Assembly (NCBI GenBank): GCA_951406725.2
Contig: OX597830.1
Location: forward strand, 42,160,001-42,224,000
Length of the DNA: 64,000 bases
DNA from: Octopus vulgaris
Taxonomy: Eukaryota
Direction: 5' to 3'
Part shown: positions 25,261-37,968 of the stretch, in pieces
Layout of the letters: each line of letters starts with the position of its first letter
Position numbering within the stretch: position 1 is the stretch's first letter
The notes under the pieces: model-generated
The model's database searches: none
The model's input: only the letters and a program-made list of their open reading frames with translations
What the model was told of the DNA's origin: nothing
Translations under genes and position numbers: made by a program

Positions 25261-25851
25261 CAGACCAGCCTTATCTATCTTTATACTATACTGCTCTATA
25301 ACTTAGAGTGTGCTTCTTTTTTGGATTCATGATTTACTGACAACCTATATCTATCTATCTATATATCGATCTATCTATCTATCTATCTATCATCAACTTC
25401 TTCAAGTATCACTTGAAAAGGAAACTGAGAGTAGAGAGGCAAGTTTTGTCAAGCGAATGTTTCAAAAAAAGATGGGTGAGTGTAGCAAGGATGCCACGTA
25501 TGAATGACGAAGCCATCTTGAGCATAATCCTATGAACCCGGAAAAATTTAAAACAGAGTTACTTACTTCCAAATAAATGTGTTAACATGTGACATTATTG
25601 ACCAAGGTTACCGTGGTCTTTTCCGTAGGCTTTTCTTTCCACAGATAAAGTTTCCCCCTTTACACTTTACATCATGACATTTCTGTGATACACGATCCCT
25701 ATTGATCTTTTTTTTTCTCTCTTTTTACGATCCCTTTTGATCGAAAACCAACCCCACTTTTTATTTATTTATTTTTTCTCCCCAAAAAGAAAAGCTCTAC
25801 TTTGTAATTTGTCCCCTCTGTGTTCAGCCCTGTGTGGCTAATAAAGAAACA

Positions 25852-25890
<39 letters not shown>

Positions 25891-25891
25891 T

Positions 25892-25926
<35 letters not shown>

Positions 25927-27059
25927 CTATATCATCATCATCATCATCATCATCGTTTAACGTCTGTTCTCCATGCTAGCATGGGTTGGACGGTTCGACC
26001 GGGGATCTGGGAAGCCAGAAGGCTGCACCAGGCTCCAGTCTTATCTGGCAATGTTTCTACAGCTGGATGCCCTTCCTAACGCCAACCACTCCGTGAGTGT
26101 AGTTACCACTCCGTGAGTGTATATATATCTATCTATCTATCTATATATATATATATACAATGGGCTTCTTTCAGTTTCCGTCTACCAAATCCACTCACAA
26201 AGCTTTGGTTGACCTGAGGATATAGTAGAACACACTTGCCCAGGATGCCACACAGTGGAACTGAACCTGGAACCATGTGGCTGGTATGGCAGAAACGTTA
26301 GCGTGCTGGGCGAAATGCTTAGTGGTATTTCGTCTGCCATTACATTCTGAGTTCAAATTCCACCAAGGTCGACTTTGCCTTTCATCCTTTCGGAGTTGAT
26401 AAATAAAGTACCATTTTCGCACTGGTGTCGATGTAATTGACTTAATCCCTTTGACTGTCCCTATTTGTCCCCTCTATGTTTAACCCCTTGTGGGCAGTAA
26501 AGAAATGTATATATATATATATATATATTCTCGTTCAATTAGAGTGAGTGAGCCGTATCTTTGAATAAGGTATATGTGTGTGTTTGTAGTGGTGGTGGTG
26601 GTGGGGATTACAACAGAGAAGCCGTTGTCATTATAACGACCATCATGACATCACTATTCTTTATAGAAGAGTATACAATATTGTTTGGTGATGAAATGTT
26701 TAAATATTTGAGATGAGTCATTGTTAATAAGTTTATAATTTGTTTTACTCTTAACTTTAATCTTTGGAGATGAGAAAATTCTGTGTGCTTTCATGTAGTC
26801 CTTGTATCTCTTTTATCTTTTACTTGTTTCAGTCACTGGATTCTGGCCATGCTGCAGCATCACATGGAAGGGTTTTGATAAAGCAAATTGACCCCCCAAG
26901 TGCTTGTTTTTTTAAGCCTGGTATTCATTCTATTGGTCTCTTTTGTCAACTCACTAAGTTATGAAGATGTAAACAAACCAACTCCAGTTGTCAAGTAATT
27001 GTGGTCACACACATACATATATACATAGACACATAAAGACACACACACACACAAAGGAT

Positions 27060-27360
27060 AAAAAACCTCTTCTGTCATGAATGACCATGGGATTGTACCT
27101 AGAAAATTCCCCACTGAGGCACAAGTCTGAGCAAGGTTGTTTATGGAAGACCAGCAGTCGCCCATGCATATCAGCCTCCCATGTTATCCAAGGGAAAGGC
27201 TTAAGGCCAATACAGCTTGGCACCAGTGACATTGCAACTCATTACAGCTAAGTGAACTGGAACAACATGAAATAAAGCGTCTTGCACATGAACACAACAC
27301 ATAACCAAGTCCAGGAATTGAACTCATGACCTCATGATTGTGAGCCCAATGCTCTAATCA
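27060..27360 (-). mobile_element. tRNA-derived SINE family 3 variant
   Basis: Head gagttcaattcc and body aagacgctttatttcatgttgttccagttcact; its 3' part is shared with 20090-20225. Confidence 0.6.
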
Positions 27361-28160
27361 CACACACACACACACACATGCCTTCACACACACACACACA
27401 TAATGGGCTTCTCTCAGTTTCTGTCTGTCAAATCCACTCAAAAGGTTTCGATTGCTCTGGAGGTATAGTAGAAGACACTTGCCTTCTTTGCAGTGGGACT
27501 GAACCCAGAACTATATGGTCAGGAAACTAACTTCTTACCACATAGCCACGCCTGCACCTATATATAAATATAAACCTTGAAAAGTATTTCATCTCTGAAG
27601 ATGTATTGTTGTTTAGCCCTAGGTTAGTCCTGTTCAAGCAAATCAATGATCATTGGACTTCCAGCTATGACCATCCCTTCTTATATTTCAACACAGTAAA
27701 CCTAGGATTATATTAACCAATATGTCCATCCATCTGGGAGTTTTTGGGTTTTTTTTCTTTGCTTTTTAAGATAGTAGGTTGTGACTTAAAGAAGATTTTA
27801 CCATTAATAAGCTTTTTTTTTATATATACAAATATATTTTTTATTTTGTTGATAAGTTAAGCTAGCTTATAAGCCAACCTGTCATCAACATAAGTTGAAA
27901 TATAGCAAATGTTAATATATCGACTTTATGCCTTTATTTCCTTGTCTTTTATCATCTCCCCACCACCTTCCCCACCCTCTCTTTCTCTCTCTTCTTCATT
28001 CTTTTCTTTGTCGTTAGCTATTTCCATTCCACAGAATCTTGTTTTTTTTTGGGGGGTTTTTTTTCCACCTATATGATTTTTATTATTTTCTTGGCATTGC
28101 TGTACATTGAATGAAATCTCCTTCCAGAACCTACCAAAGACAACAGAATGTGGAACGAAC

Positions 28161-28196
<36 letters not shown>

Positions 28197-28704
28197 CATG
28201 TGTATGTGTTGAAGTGTAGGAAGGAACTGAGACAATCGATCACAATGTTTATAATGCCCAATCTTGACTCTCTCACTAAAAGAGAGAGAATGAATGGAAG
28301 AGGAGAGAGGGAGAAAGGAAGAGGGTAGATAGAGGGGGGAGAAAGAAAGACTGTGAGAAAGAGAGGGAGAGAGAGTACAGTATATAAACATGTATGATGT
28401 ACGTGAAGGTTTCCTACAATTGAAATTCTGTCAGTTGTATAAAAATTCTAAAAGGAGAAAAATAGAGCAAACAACATATATCACCAAACGTCTCGTGAAA
28501 GTGATCATTTAATCATACCATGAGGTATATAGGCACTGGCATGGTTGTGTGGTAAGAAGCCTGCTTCCCAACTGCATGGCTCTGGGTTCAGTCCTACTGT
28601 GTTTCACCTTGGACAAGTGTCTCCAACTAAAATCCCAAGCCAGCCATAAAATCTGAAAGAAGCCTGTCGTATGTGTGTGTGTGTGTACACAAATATATAT
28701 ATAT

Positions 28705-29078
28705 ATAACAGGAAAGTTTATGAAAATAAAGAAAAGACGAAGGCAGGTGGAGTACAAACAAACAAATGTATTAGTATAGCGCTCAGGAATAGAAATAGAA
28801 AAAGTCTTTTACGTTTTGAGCCTACGCTCTTTGACAGAAAGATACACAGAAAAAAACAAGGAGAGAAAAAAATGCGTGTAGGAGCTAACGATCTATCATG
28901 GCGTCCTGACTTCGGACAGTGGTCAGATGCGAGAGGAACAGTAGGGGAGATAACAGGGTCAAGTGACTTCCAATACGAAGGTGCCCCCGACACAAAGGTG
29001 CGTGTGTGTATAAGAGAGTATGTATGTGCGTGTGAAAGAGGGCTGGTGGTCTGGACGTGTGGGAGTGGAAATGTAGGG
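28705..29078 (-). mobile_element. HHR-bearing short repeat (family A), longest copy
   Basis: Homologous to 49205-49378, 51675-51857 and 54180-54337; HHR-like motif at 28806-28841. Confidence 0.7.
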
Positions 29079-29096
29079 ATATATATATATATATAT

Positions 29097-30138
29097 ATCA
29101 TCATCTTCATCATTTAATGTTTGCTTTCCATGCTGGCATGGGTTTGATGGTTTGAATGAGGACTGGCGAGTCAGATGGTTGCACCAGGCTCCAATCTGAT
29201 CTGGCAGAGTTTTTACAGCTGGATGCCTTCCTAACGCCAACCACTCCGAGAGGACTTTGGTTTTAGCCAAGTTGACTCTAAGGCCCTTCGATTCTAATCT
29301 TTGCTTCCACACCTGAAACTTCTCTTCTAGTTCTGATAGTAACTCAGCAATTAGAGCAAGGTCATCAGCATAGAGGAGCTCCTAGGGGCATCTTGTCTTG
29401 AATTCCTCTGTTATTGCCTGGAGGACTATGATAAATAGGAGGGGGCTGAGGACTGAACCTTGGTGGACCCCTACCTCTGCCTGGAATTCTTTACTGTACT
29501 CGTTGCTAACCCTTACCTTACTGACAGCTCACTAACCATTGATCTATCCCTAGTTTCCTCATTGACTACCAGATAAAGGATCGGGGGACCTTGTCAAAGG
29601 CTTTCTCCATATCAAGGAAAGCCAAGTACAGTGGTTTATCTTTGGCTAGGTATTTCTCCTGCAGCTGTCTCACCAGAAATATCGCATCAATGGTGCTTTT
29701 CCCTGGCACAAACCCAAACTGCATCTCATCTAAACTGACTCTCTCCCTAATTAGTTGGGCTATGACCCTCTCCGTGACCTTCATTACCTAATCCAACAAC
29801 TTGATACCTCTGTAATTATTCCTATCTAAAGCATCACCTTTACCTTTGTAGCAGTTGACTAAGGTGCTGCTACACCAGTCATTGGGTATGACTCCTTCAT
29901 GTATCACCTGGTTAACTATATTGGTGACTAGGCTATAGCCAACACCACCAGATATTTTGAGCATCTCTGTGGTGATTCCTGATGGGTGGGGGCTTTCCCT
30001 GTCTTCATGCTCTTAATTGCTTTATCTGCCAAGGTACTGTCAATTTGGATAGCTGGTCCCTCTGTTGGGTCGACATTCGGCAGACTCTCTTTCTCCCATT
30101 CATTCTCTTTATTGAGCAACCTTTTATAGTGGCGTCCT
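29097..30138 (-). mobile_element. RTE/BovB LINE fragment (RT pseudogene joined to the 3' tail)
   Basis: ORF pieces QFGFVPGKSTIDAIFLVRQLQEKY...AFLDMEKAFDKVPR, LLYADDL and WKQRLESKGLRVNLAKTKV. Confidence 0.92.
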
Positions 30139-30592
30139 GGGAAAGTTTTGGCATTTATAAGCAGCCATCTTTACCTTTTTTCTGGCGAGGATGTAGTCAA
30201 TTTGACTAGTGTGTCTGCCAGAACAGTAGGAGACCAGGTGACTGTTGTGAATCCAGCCAACTAAAGGATAATATCTATCTAATATACTGCTGGTAGAATA
30301 CCCAATTATTAATACACAAGTGTTTTTTATTGCATTGCAATTACATTACTGAGTGTACTAAATAGGTGAAGGTAAAGAGACATTTTACTATTAATTTATA
30401 GAGCAATAAGAAAATGGAGGGGATCAATAGGTGGTTCATCAACTTTTAGACATTATATTATGTCAACTTATTTATTTACTAAAATGACACTTCTTGTAAT
30501 TGTCAGTTTAATAAATAAATAAGTTGACATAATATAATGTCTAAAAGTTGATGAACCACCTATTGATCCCCTCCATTTTCTTATTGCTCTAT
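30139..30592. mobile_element. Interspersed repeat ending in a perfect 81-bp palindrome, copy 2
   Basis: Arms 30398-30478 and 30512-30592 are exact reverse complements with a 33-nt spacer; possible decayed HHR on the minus strand at about 30141-30176. Confidence 0.85.
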
Positions 30593-30596
30593 CTCT

Positions 30597-30631
<35 letters not shown>

Positions 30632-30675
30632 ATGTATGTATATATATATATGTATGTATGTATGTATGTATGCAT

Positions 30676-32590
30676 ATGCTGCCCAAAAGATGACCAACAT
30701 AGAAAAGAAGGGTCTGGAAGCTTAAGGATCCTCTGAATGAACAGAGATTTAGAAACATATTACTTGAAGCTTTTGATGGAAAAGAAGAGGATATAGCATC
30801 ACATAATAATGAAGACAACAGGAGGTTCCTATGGGACAACATGTGGAGGGCTACAGACCAAATCTGTGGCTGGTGCAAAGTCCCCTCTTGATCCAAGGCA
30901 ACGTGGTGATGGAACAATGTAGTTGACAGAGCCACAAGGGGAAAGAAACAGATATGGAAGGAATGGAAGTGTAGTGGTAGCAAGGAACTGTATAAGATCA
31001 CCAGAAGGGAAGCTAGGAGACAGATTTATTTAGACAGAGGGGAAGCAGATAAGAAAAACATTGCCAATGTTCTGCTTCATGAAGTGTAGAGACTTGAAGG
31101 GTTCCTTTTGCAAGACAGTGTGTGAGAGAGAATCATGATGTCATAGGAGAGAAATGTGTCAGCATGGATGATGGTTCAGTTGCATTTAATGAGCCTACAA
31201 AGAGAGAGACTTGGAGACACCACTATGAAAAGTTGCTAAATGAAGAGAATGAATGGGAGAAAGAGTCTGCCAAATGTTGACCTAACAGAGGGACCAGCTA
31301 TTTGAATTGACAGTACCTTGGTAGATAAAGCAATTGAGGATATGAAGACAAGGAAGAGATGCTTAAAATATCTGGCAGTGTAAGCTAATATTCGAGTCAC
31401 CTGTATAGTCAAGCAGGTGATACATGAAGGAGTCATACCCAATGACTAGTGTAGCAGCACCATTGTCAACTGCTACAAAGATAAAGGTGACATATTAGAT
31501 AGGAATAATTACAGGGGTATCAAATTGTTGGATCAGGTGATGAAAGTCATGGAGAGTGCCATTTCCCAACTAATTAGCGAGAGTTAGTTTAGATGAGATG
31601 CAGTTTGGGTTTGTGCCAGAGAAAAGTACCACTGATGTTATATTTCTGGTAAGACAGTTGCAGGAGAAATTCTTAACCAAAGATAAATTTCTGTACTTAG
31701 CTTTCATCGACATGGAAAAAGCCTTTGATAGGGTCCCCTGATCCCTTATCTGGTGATCAATGTGGAAACTAGGGATAGATGAGTGGTTGGTGAGAGCAGT
31801 ACAAACCATGTACAGGGATGCTGTTAGTAAGGTGAGAATTGGCAAAGAGTATAGTGAAGAATTCTGGATAAAAGTAGGGTTTCACCAAGGATCAGTCCTC
31901 AGCCCCCTCCTATTTATTAATCATAGTCCTCCAGGCAATAATAGAGTAATTCAAGGCAGGATGCCCCTGAGAGCTCCTCTATGCTGACCTTGCTCTAATA
32001 GCTGAATCACTACCAGAACTAGAGAAGAAATTTCAGGTGTGGAAGCAAGGTCTAGAATCAAAGGGCCTTCGAGTCAATCTAGCAAAAACCAGAGTTTTAG
32101 TAAGTAGGAAGGCAGACAAATCAGAAATCCCTTCAGGTAGATGGCCCTGCTCGATCTGTAGAAAAGGTGTAGGTAAAAACTCCACAAGATGTACCTGGTG
32201 TAAGCTATGGACACATAAGAGGTGTAGCAATATCAAAGGAAGGCAAACTGGGAAGAAAGATTTTTTGTGTGACAGATGCAGAGGGGCAATAAACACCGAA
32301 GATGTACAGGCAACAGATTCCATCACATGCCAAGGGGGAAAACGAGAAGTAGTTGATAGCTTCCATTACCTAGGTTAGTAGCAGGGGCAGATGCTCTGAG
32401 AGTGTAGCTACTAGAATAAGAATAGCCTGGGCAAAGTTCAGAGAGCTCCTACCTCTGCTAGTAACAAAGGGCATTTTGCTCAGAGTAAAAGGTAGACTGT
32501 ATGATGCACTTGTGTGGACAGCCATGCTACATGGCAGTGAAATATGGGCTGTGACTGCTGAGGATATGCGTAGACTTGAAAGAAATAGTA
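30676..32590 (+). mobile_element. RTE/BovB LINE, about 1.9-kb pseudogenised ORF (RT plus Cys-rich insertion)
   Basis: NYRGIKLL, QFGFVP..STTD, DMEKAFDRVP, GFHQGSVLSPLLF, WPCSICRKGVG..CTWCKLWTHKRCS and FHYLG, with stops and frameshifts. Confidence 0.93.
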
Positions 32591-34478
32591 TGAAAGCCAC
32601 TATTTCCATTTACCAAATTCTATTCTTAAATTAATTTTCATCCCAAGCCTACAAAGAAAAAACACTTGTCTTAGGTGCACAGCAATGAAACTGGACTGAA
32701 TATAAAAAAACAACTGTCACAAAAGTTTTTTCATAAACTTCTTTACATTCCTTTTAACTTTCTGTTTCACAATTATTGATAATTTTTATTCATTTAACTC
32801 CTATTTTTGTTGAATTGAAAATTATTTTCTAATTAAACGGAGGGCAAGTGAAGCTGTGTGTTTAAAACGTTCAACTTGTAAAACTGTGATTGAGCTCAGT
32901 TTCAATAGCTGGAGCATTGAGAAAATGCCTTCTTTCTTGTAGTCTTGGGATGATCAGTGCTGTAAGATTGGAATTTGGTAGACAGAAATTGCATAGAAGT
33001 TCAATAAATGTGTGTGTGTATGTTGGTGGAGTCAGGTATCCACGCTGGTTTTTATGTTTACCAGTGTAAAACCAGTGTACCAAACTCCATCCATAGAAGT
33101 TTGTAAAATAAATTCAAGATTGAAATAAATGCTCAGTTTGGTATATGTGTGTGTGCTGATGTGCGCCAGAAGTATAGGGTCAGTGACTTCATGTGAATGG
33201 CCAAAGGGCCTTGCCAGAAGGAAAGGAATGTGGGAGGTCATATGAGTGGAAAGATGATTAGCATGGACCTCTTTCATAGTTGCTCAGGACAAACAAGGTG
33301 GCCATGTGAGGTGAGGGAATTTGCCATTAGGTTCCGGTTAGAGGTTAGGTATGTGGGACTCCCATGGATATATCCCAGTTGGAAAGGATTGATATTAAAA
33401 GAGGACCTGTGAGGTAGGTGAATTATGCATTTTTTCCCATACCATGATATGATTGGCTAAAACCTCAGAAGGTGGTGCTCAAGCATGGCTGCAATCCAAT
33501 GACTAAAGTCAATAAAAGAACAAAAAAAACAAACATTAGCTGCTTGAATTGATCACTGCTAAAAATTTGTATGGTAGGCAGGAGGAGGGGGGAGGGGGTT
33601 AATTAAATCAACTTCTGGACATAGCAAACACTAATGTCATTGACCGTGTTGGTGATGAGAGATAAATTTGATGTTCAAGAAACTTGAACCTACAACATAA
33701 AAATATTTAACTTAAATATGGCAAGACATTTTAGTTTTGCTGTAGATTTTCTGCCAATCTGCAGACTTTGTAACTCAATAATGAAGTATATTTACATTCA
33801 CAGTAACACAACATAAACTAATAAATGTTGATTTGTAGCAAAATATTTATGAGATGGCTATGATATATTTGGATAACTTATTTATAGATATTAAATTCAA
33901 GTTTCTGAGGACTAATAAAAGGTTGAATGTAATACATTTACCGATTAAATTTACGTATAGATACAGACACAAAGGACAGAGAGAAAAGAATCAATAATGA
34001 CTGGTCAATCACTTTTGATTCTGTTATATATACATATATATATAGAGAGAGAGTTTAGGACACAAATGAATTTTCAGATATATTTTATTTAAAGTATTTT
34101 ACAAGTCAAGGAAAACAGTCTGTTATGCTTGATCAAAGGAAATTTTGCCCATGTTATCCAACATGTTACTGAATAAAGTAGCAGGTTAATAAGATTTATA
34201 TGTGTGGCTTCTGAAAAATTTTACCATAAATATAATTATTTTGAATGTTACTAACTTTATCTTTAGAGATTATCATTTTTATTTTATTTTACAAATTTAC
34301 ATCTATGCCATACTTCAATCAATTTGATCTCCTTCCTAAGAAACACTCTTTGCAACTATATGATTTTGAGTTCTGTCCTCCGGCAAGACACTTTGGGCAA
34401 GTGATTTCTACTATAGCACTGGGTCAATCAATGCTTTGTCACTGAATTTGGTAGATGGAAATTGTGTGGAATTCCATC

Positions 34479-34512
<34 letters not shown>

Positions 34513-34519
34513 CTCTTCT

Positions 34520-34822
34520 ATCTTTTAATTATCATAAATCTTCCACTGAGGCAGGAACCAGTTTCCAACAAAGATACAAAGCTCCGTCTTTGGGATGTAG
34601 TTAACACAGACAAATTCACATTTGGAACTTGAGAAAAGTCTTGCATATTTTTACTGTTCCACTTACAGATTGCACTTGTAATGCACGAATCAGCTCAGTC
34701 AATTTCTCTTTCTGAAAATCAAGTTTATCCAGATTCTCCTTTAAGCATTTACTAACAAAACCTAGTGCTCCAATTATTATTGGTATGAATATGAATTCAT
34801 AGTCTTGATATAGAAGCTGGAG
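34520..34822 (-). mobile_element. RLE-type LINE 3' fragment (NeSL/R4-like endonuclease C-terminus)
   Basis: YEFIFIPIIIGALGFV...LQVQSVSGTVKICKTFLKF, matching the PIIIGALG motif. Confidence 0.7.
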
Positions 34823-35399
34823 GTTATGTATATGTATGTATGTAAGGCGGCGAGCAGGCAGAAACGTTAGCATGCCGGGCGAAATACGTGGTGGTCTTTA
34901 TGTTCTGAGTTCAAATTCTGCTGAGGTCGGCTTTGCCTTTCATCCTTTCGGGGTCGATAAATTAAGTACCAGTTGTGTACTGGTGTTGATCTAATCAACT
35001 GGCTCCCTCCCCAAAAATTTCGAGGAATTGTGCCTAGAGTAAAAAGAATGTATGTATGTATGTGCCTTTGTGCTTGTCACTTCCACTACTTGATAACTGG
35101 TGTTTGTTTGTTTACATCCCTATATCTTAGCAGTTTGGTAAAAAAAAAAGCAAAATATAAAAAATATAAATAAGTACCAAACTTTAAAAAAAAAGCACTA
35201 AGGTCAATTTGCTTGACCATAGTGCAAAGACTGATATGAGTAAAAGATAAACGGTAGAAAGAACTGGGAATTTCTATGGTCCAACTTGCTGAAAACCACT
35301 GACCAAGCAGTGGAGGGGATAATCACACACACACACACACCATTTTGGTCCAGTTCAGTCTTTTGCCACTCAGTGTTCAGCCTGTGAGTTCAACTCTGA

Positions 35400-35650
35400 G
35401 TGCCAAGAGTAAGACTCTTGGTTCTTGCTTCTTCCGTGGGTATGAATAAGTATTTCATTTATATCTCGCGTATGTGCCGCTGAAGAGGGGAAAATTTCTT
35501 GTGAATTAACCCCGAAATTGGACCAATACGGTAATAACAAATTTTTTAGATATTTCTATCGGTTTGTTTTGAGACGCATAAATTTAATGGTTATCGACAA
35601 TTGTTTGTTTCAGCGTATCTGGCATTAGAATTTTTCTTCTTGCAAATTAT
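35400..35650 (+). mobile_element. PLE-type terminal-repeat fragment carrying a hammerhead
   Basis: Begins with the hairpin stub ccaagagt-aag-actcttgg, contains the HHR at 35471, and ends at a TA microsatellite. Confidence 0.55.
35471..35536 (+). ncRNA. Type I hammerhead ribozyme with intact core (family D)
   Basis: tatgtgccg-CTGAAGA-gggg[19 nt]cccc-GAAA-ttgg a ccaa-TA-cggtaata; all core bases canonical; predicted AUA cleavage after 35528. Confidence 0.85.
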
Positions 35651-35718
35651 ATATATATATATATATATATGTGTATGTGTGTGTGTGTATATATATATAT
35701 ATAGTGTGTATATATATA

Positions 35719-35950
35719 AGGCGGTGAGCTGGCAGAAACGTTAGCACGCCGGGCGAAATGCGTAGCCGTATTTCGTCTGTCGTTACGTTCTGAGTTCAAA
35801 TTCCGCCGAGGCCGACTTTGCCTTCCATCCTTTCGGGGTCAATAAATAAAGTACCAGTTACGCACTTGGGTCGATGTAAATGACTTAATCCCTTTGTCTG
35901 TCCTTGTTTGTCCCCTCTATGTTTAGCCCCTTGTGGGCAATAAAGAAATA
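35719..35950 (+). mobile_element. tRNA-derived SINE family 1, young full-length copy
   Basis: CpG-rich ggcggtgagctggcagaaacgttagcacgccgggcg...gagttcaaattccgccgag. Further copies at about 20265, 26287, 34846, 45870, 48400, 54603, 59300-59990 (three) and 61774. Confidence 0.9.
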
Positions 35951-37621
35951 TATATATATATAGATAGGTAGATAGATAAATAAATAGATAGACAGACAGA
36001 TAGATATGTATGTATGTATACACACGCACATACATAGCATGTCCGCGTGTGTGCGTCTGTGTCTTTTGTTGCTATATATCTGTGAAAGATAATAACGAGC
36101 TTATTGTATGCAGTACTCAGGAGCATTGCAATAGCAGAAAGAGAAAACTAAAAAAAAAAAAAAATCCCCCAAATCCCTCTACTAATAAAAAAAAAAAAGG
36201 AAACCCAATGCTTTCAAATGAAAATGCCTTGTGGTATTATATTCTGCTGAGTTGCACAGATGTTCCCTTGTCACTGTTGCTATCGTACATGTAGTGAGCC
36301 AATGATTGGTCCATTAGAAATCTGTTACTAGAGATGCAATAGTTTCACAAAATGCAATATAAAAATTTAAAGTAAAAAAAAAAGAACAAAAAACAACAAA
36401 GCAAAACAAACAAGAATAATAATAACTCTTCTCAGATATTACAGACACCTAAATTCACATTCTCCATTAAGTCACTTGAGGTTACCTTTTTTGTTCTGTT
36501 TCTTTTTTTTTTTTTTAAATTTCCTTTTTATTTTTTATTCTTCTGATTAGTCACCATCACTAACCCATCAATGTGTGATCTATACATCCAAGAGAAATAT
36601 CATAATCATGAATTCTTTACTTTGTTTTATGATTGATTGTAATCATTTTTTAGCGAGACTGATTCGTAAGGTTTAAAAATTAGTCATTCTTTGTAAGTTA
36701 GTATTGCTAAATGAATGCATTTAACATAACGCATTAATAATAGACTTTGCATGAGTGCATTAATTATACGCTTTGCATGGGTGCGTCATTATTATATTAG
36801 AATGAAGAATGGTGGATGGCAAAAAAAACCAAAAAAACAAACCCAGTTGTGTGTCTGACAGAGTGCTTTACAATATTCTGTTTCACTGTTTCCAAATTCT
36901 TAGTTCTAATCCCATTACGGTCAACTTAACCTGTTCATTCTTCCAGGTTGTTAAAATACTGCAAATCTCCAGGTGTAATTTGCCCCTTCTTTTTTACACC
37001 AAGGTATGGCTGTGTGGTTGAGAAACTCGCTTTGTAACCACATGGTTTCAGGCTCAGTCCCCAAGTGTCTTCTGCTATGTATGTGTGTGTGTGCGCGCAT
37101 ATGTCTGTATTTGTGTGTGTGCATGTGTATGTGTATTTATATATATATATCGGTGTTGATTCAAAGTCAGTGAACAGCGATGAGGAAACTGGTATGACTC
37201 TCTTTACTGACTCATAAGAATGATTTCTATACTCTTTAATTCCACCTCAAAACATTTATTTGTATGTAAATGTCTTTGTTTTTGTTATATTGCTCTAATT
37301 CAGTTCTGTTCTGACTAGGTATCGAACTGAGTTTGGTGACTTTGCCTTATTTAGTAAATGTATTTGTATTTTATTAATTTGTACAAATAAATAGTTCTTC
37401 TAATTTGCATACTGCTTTGTTTTGCACATGGATTTTTGGGTTCTGCTTTAATCAGCGTGGATTTTTGAGTATATATTGCTCACACATTCACTCCATTCTT
37501 ACTAGGCAGGCTTTCATGTGGATAAGAAGTCTATATTAAAACATAGCAGTTTTTATAAAAAAAAAAAGAAGCCATTACTTCTATACCTAGTGTGCATTTT
37601 CTTTGCTTCTTTTTACTTTTC

Positions 37622-37668
<47 letters not shown>

Positions 37669-37688
37669 TACATATATATATATATACC

Positions 37689-37732
<44 letters not shown>

Positions 37733-37746
37733 CATATATATATATA

Positions 37747-37968
37747 CAGGGTGGGGCAGAAGTAACGCCCTTTTGCATTTGAGTTTTCTTGCTTTTAATT
37801 GAGTATCTTTTTTATTTCCTAAAACTTCTGTGATATTTTTCATTAGTTTATTATTCATTTCTTTAAGTAATGCAATAAATTTGTGTTCAATAGAAAAAAT
37901 TACCAAATAAACATTTATATACTATAAAAGTTATTAAATGAAAAGAGTGTTACTTCTCCTGCACCCTG
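37747..37968. mobile_element. Tc1/mariner-type MITE
   Basis: TIRs cagggtggggcagaagtaacgcccttttgcattt / aaatgaaaagagtgttacttctcctgcaccctg inserted in a TA tract. Confidence 0.8.

Noticed and set aside
26084-26121. Short direct repeat accactccgtgagtgta
   Set aside because: Small local duplication at the truncated end of a repeat; no further structure.
32737-32751. 15-nt match to the miR-1 mature sequence on the minus strand (GGAATGTAAAGAAGT)
   Set aside because: No complementary 5p arm or hairpin, and both ends of the mature sequence mismatch; probably chance in AT-rich DNA.
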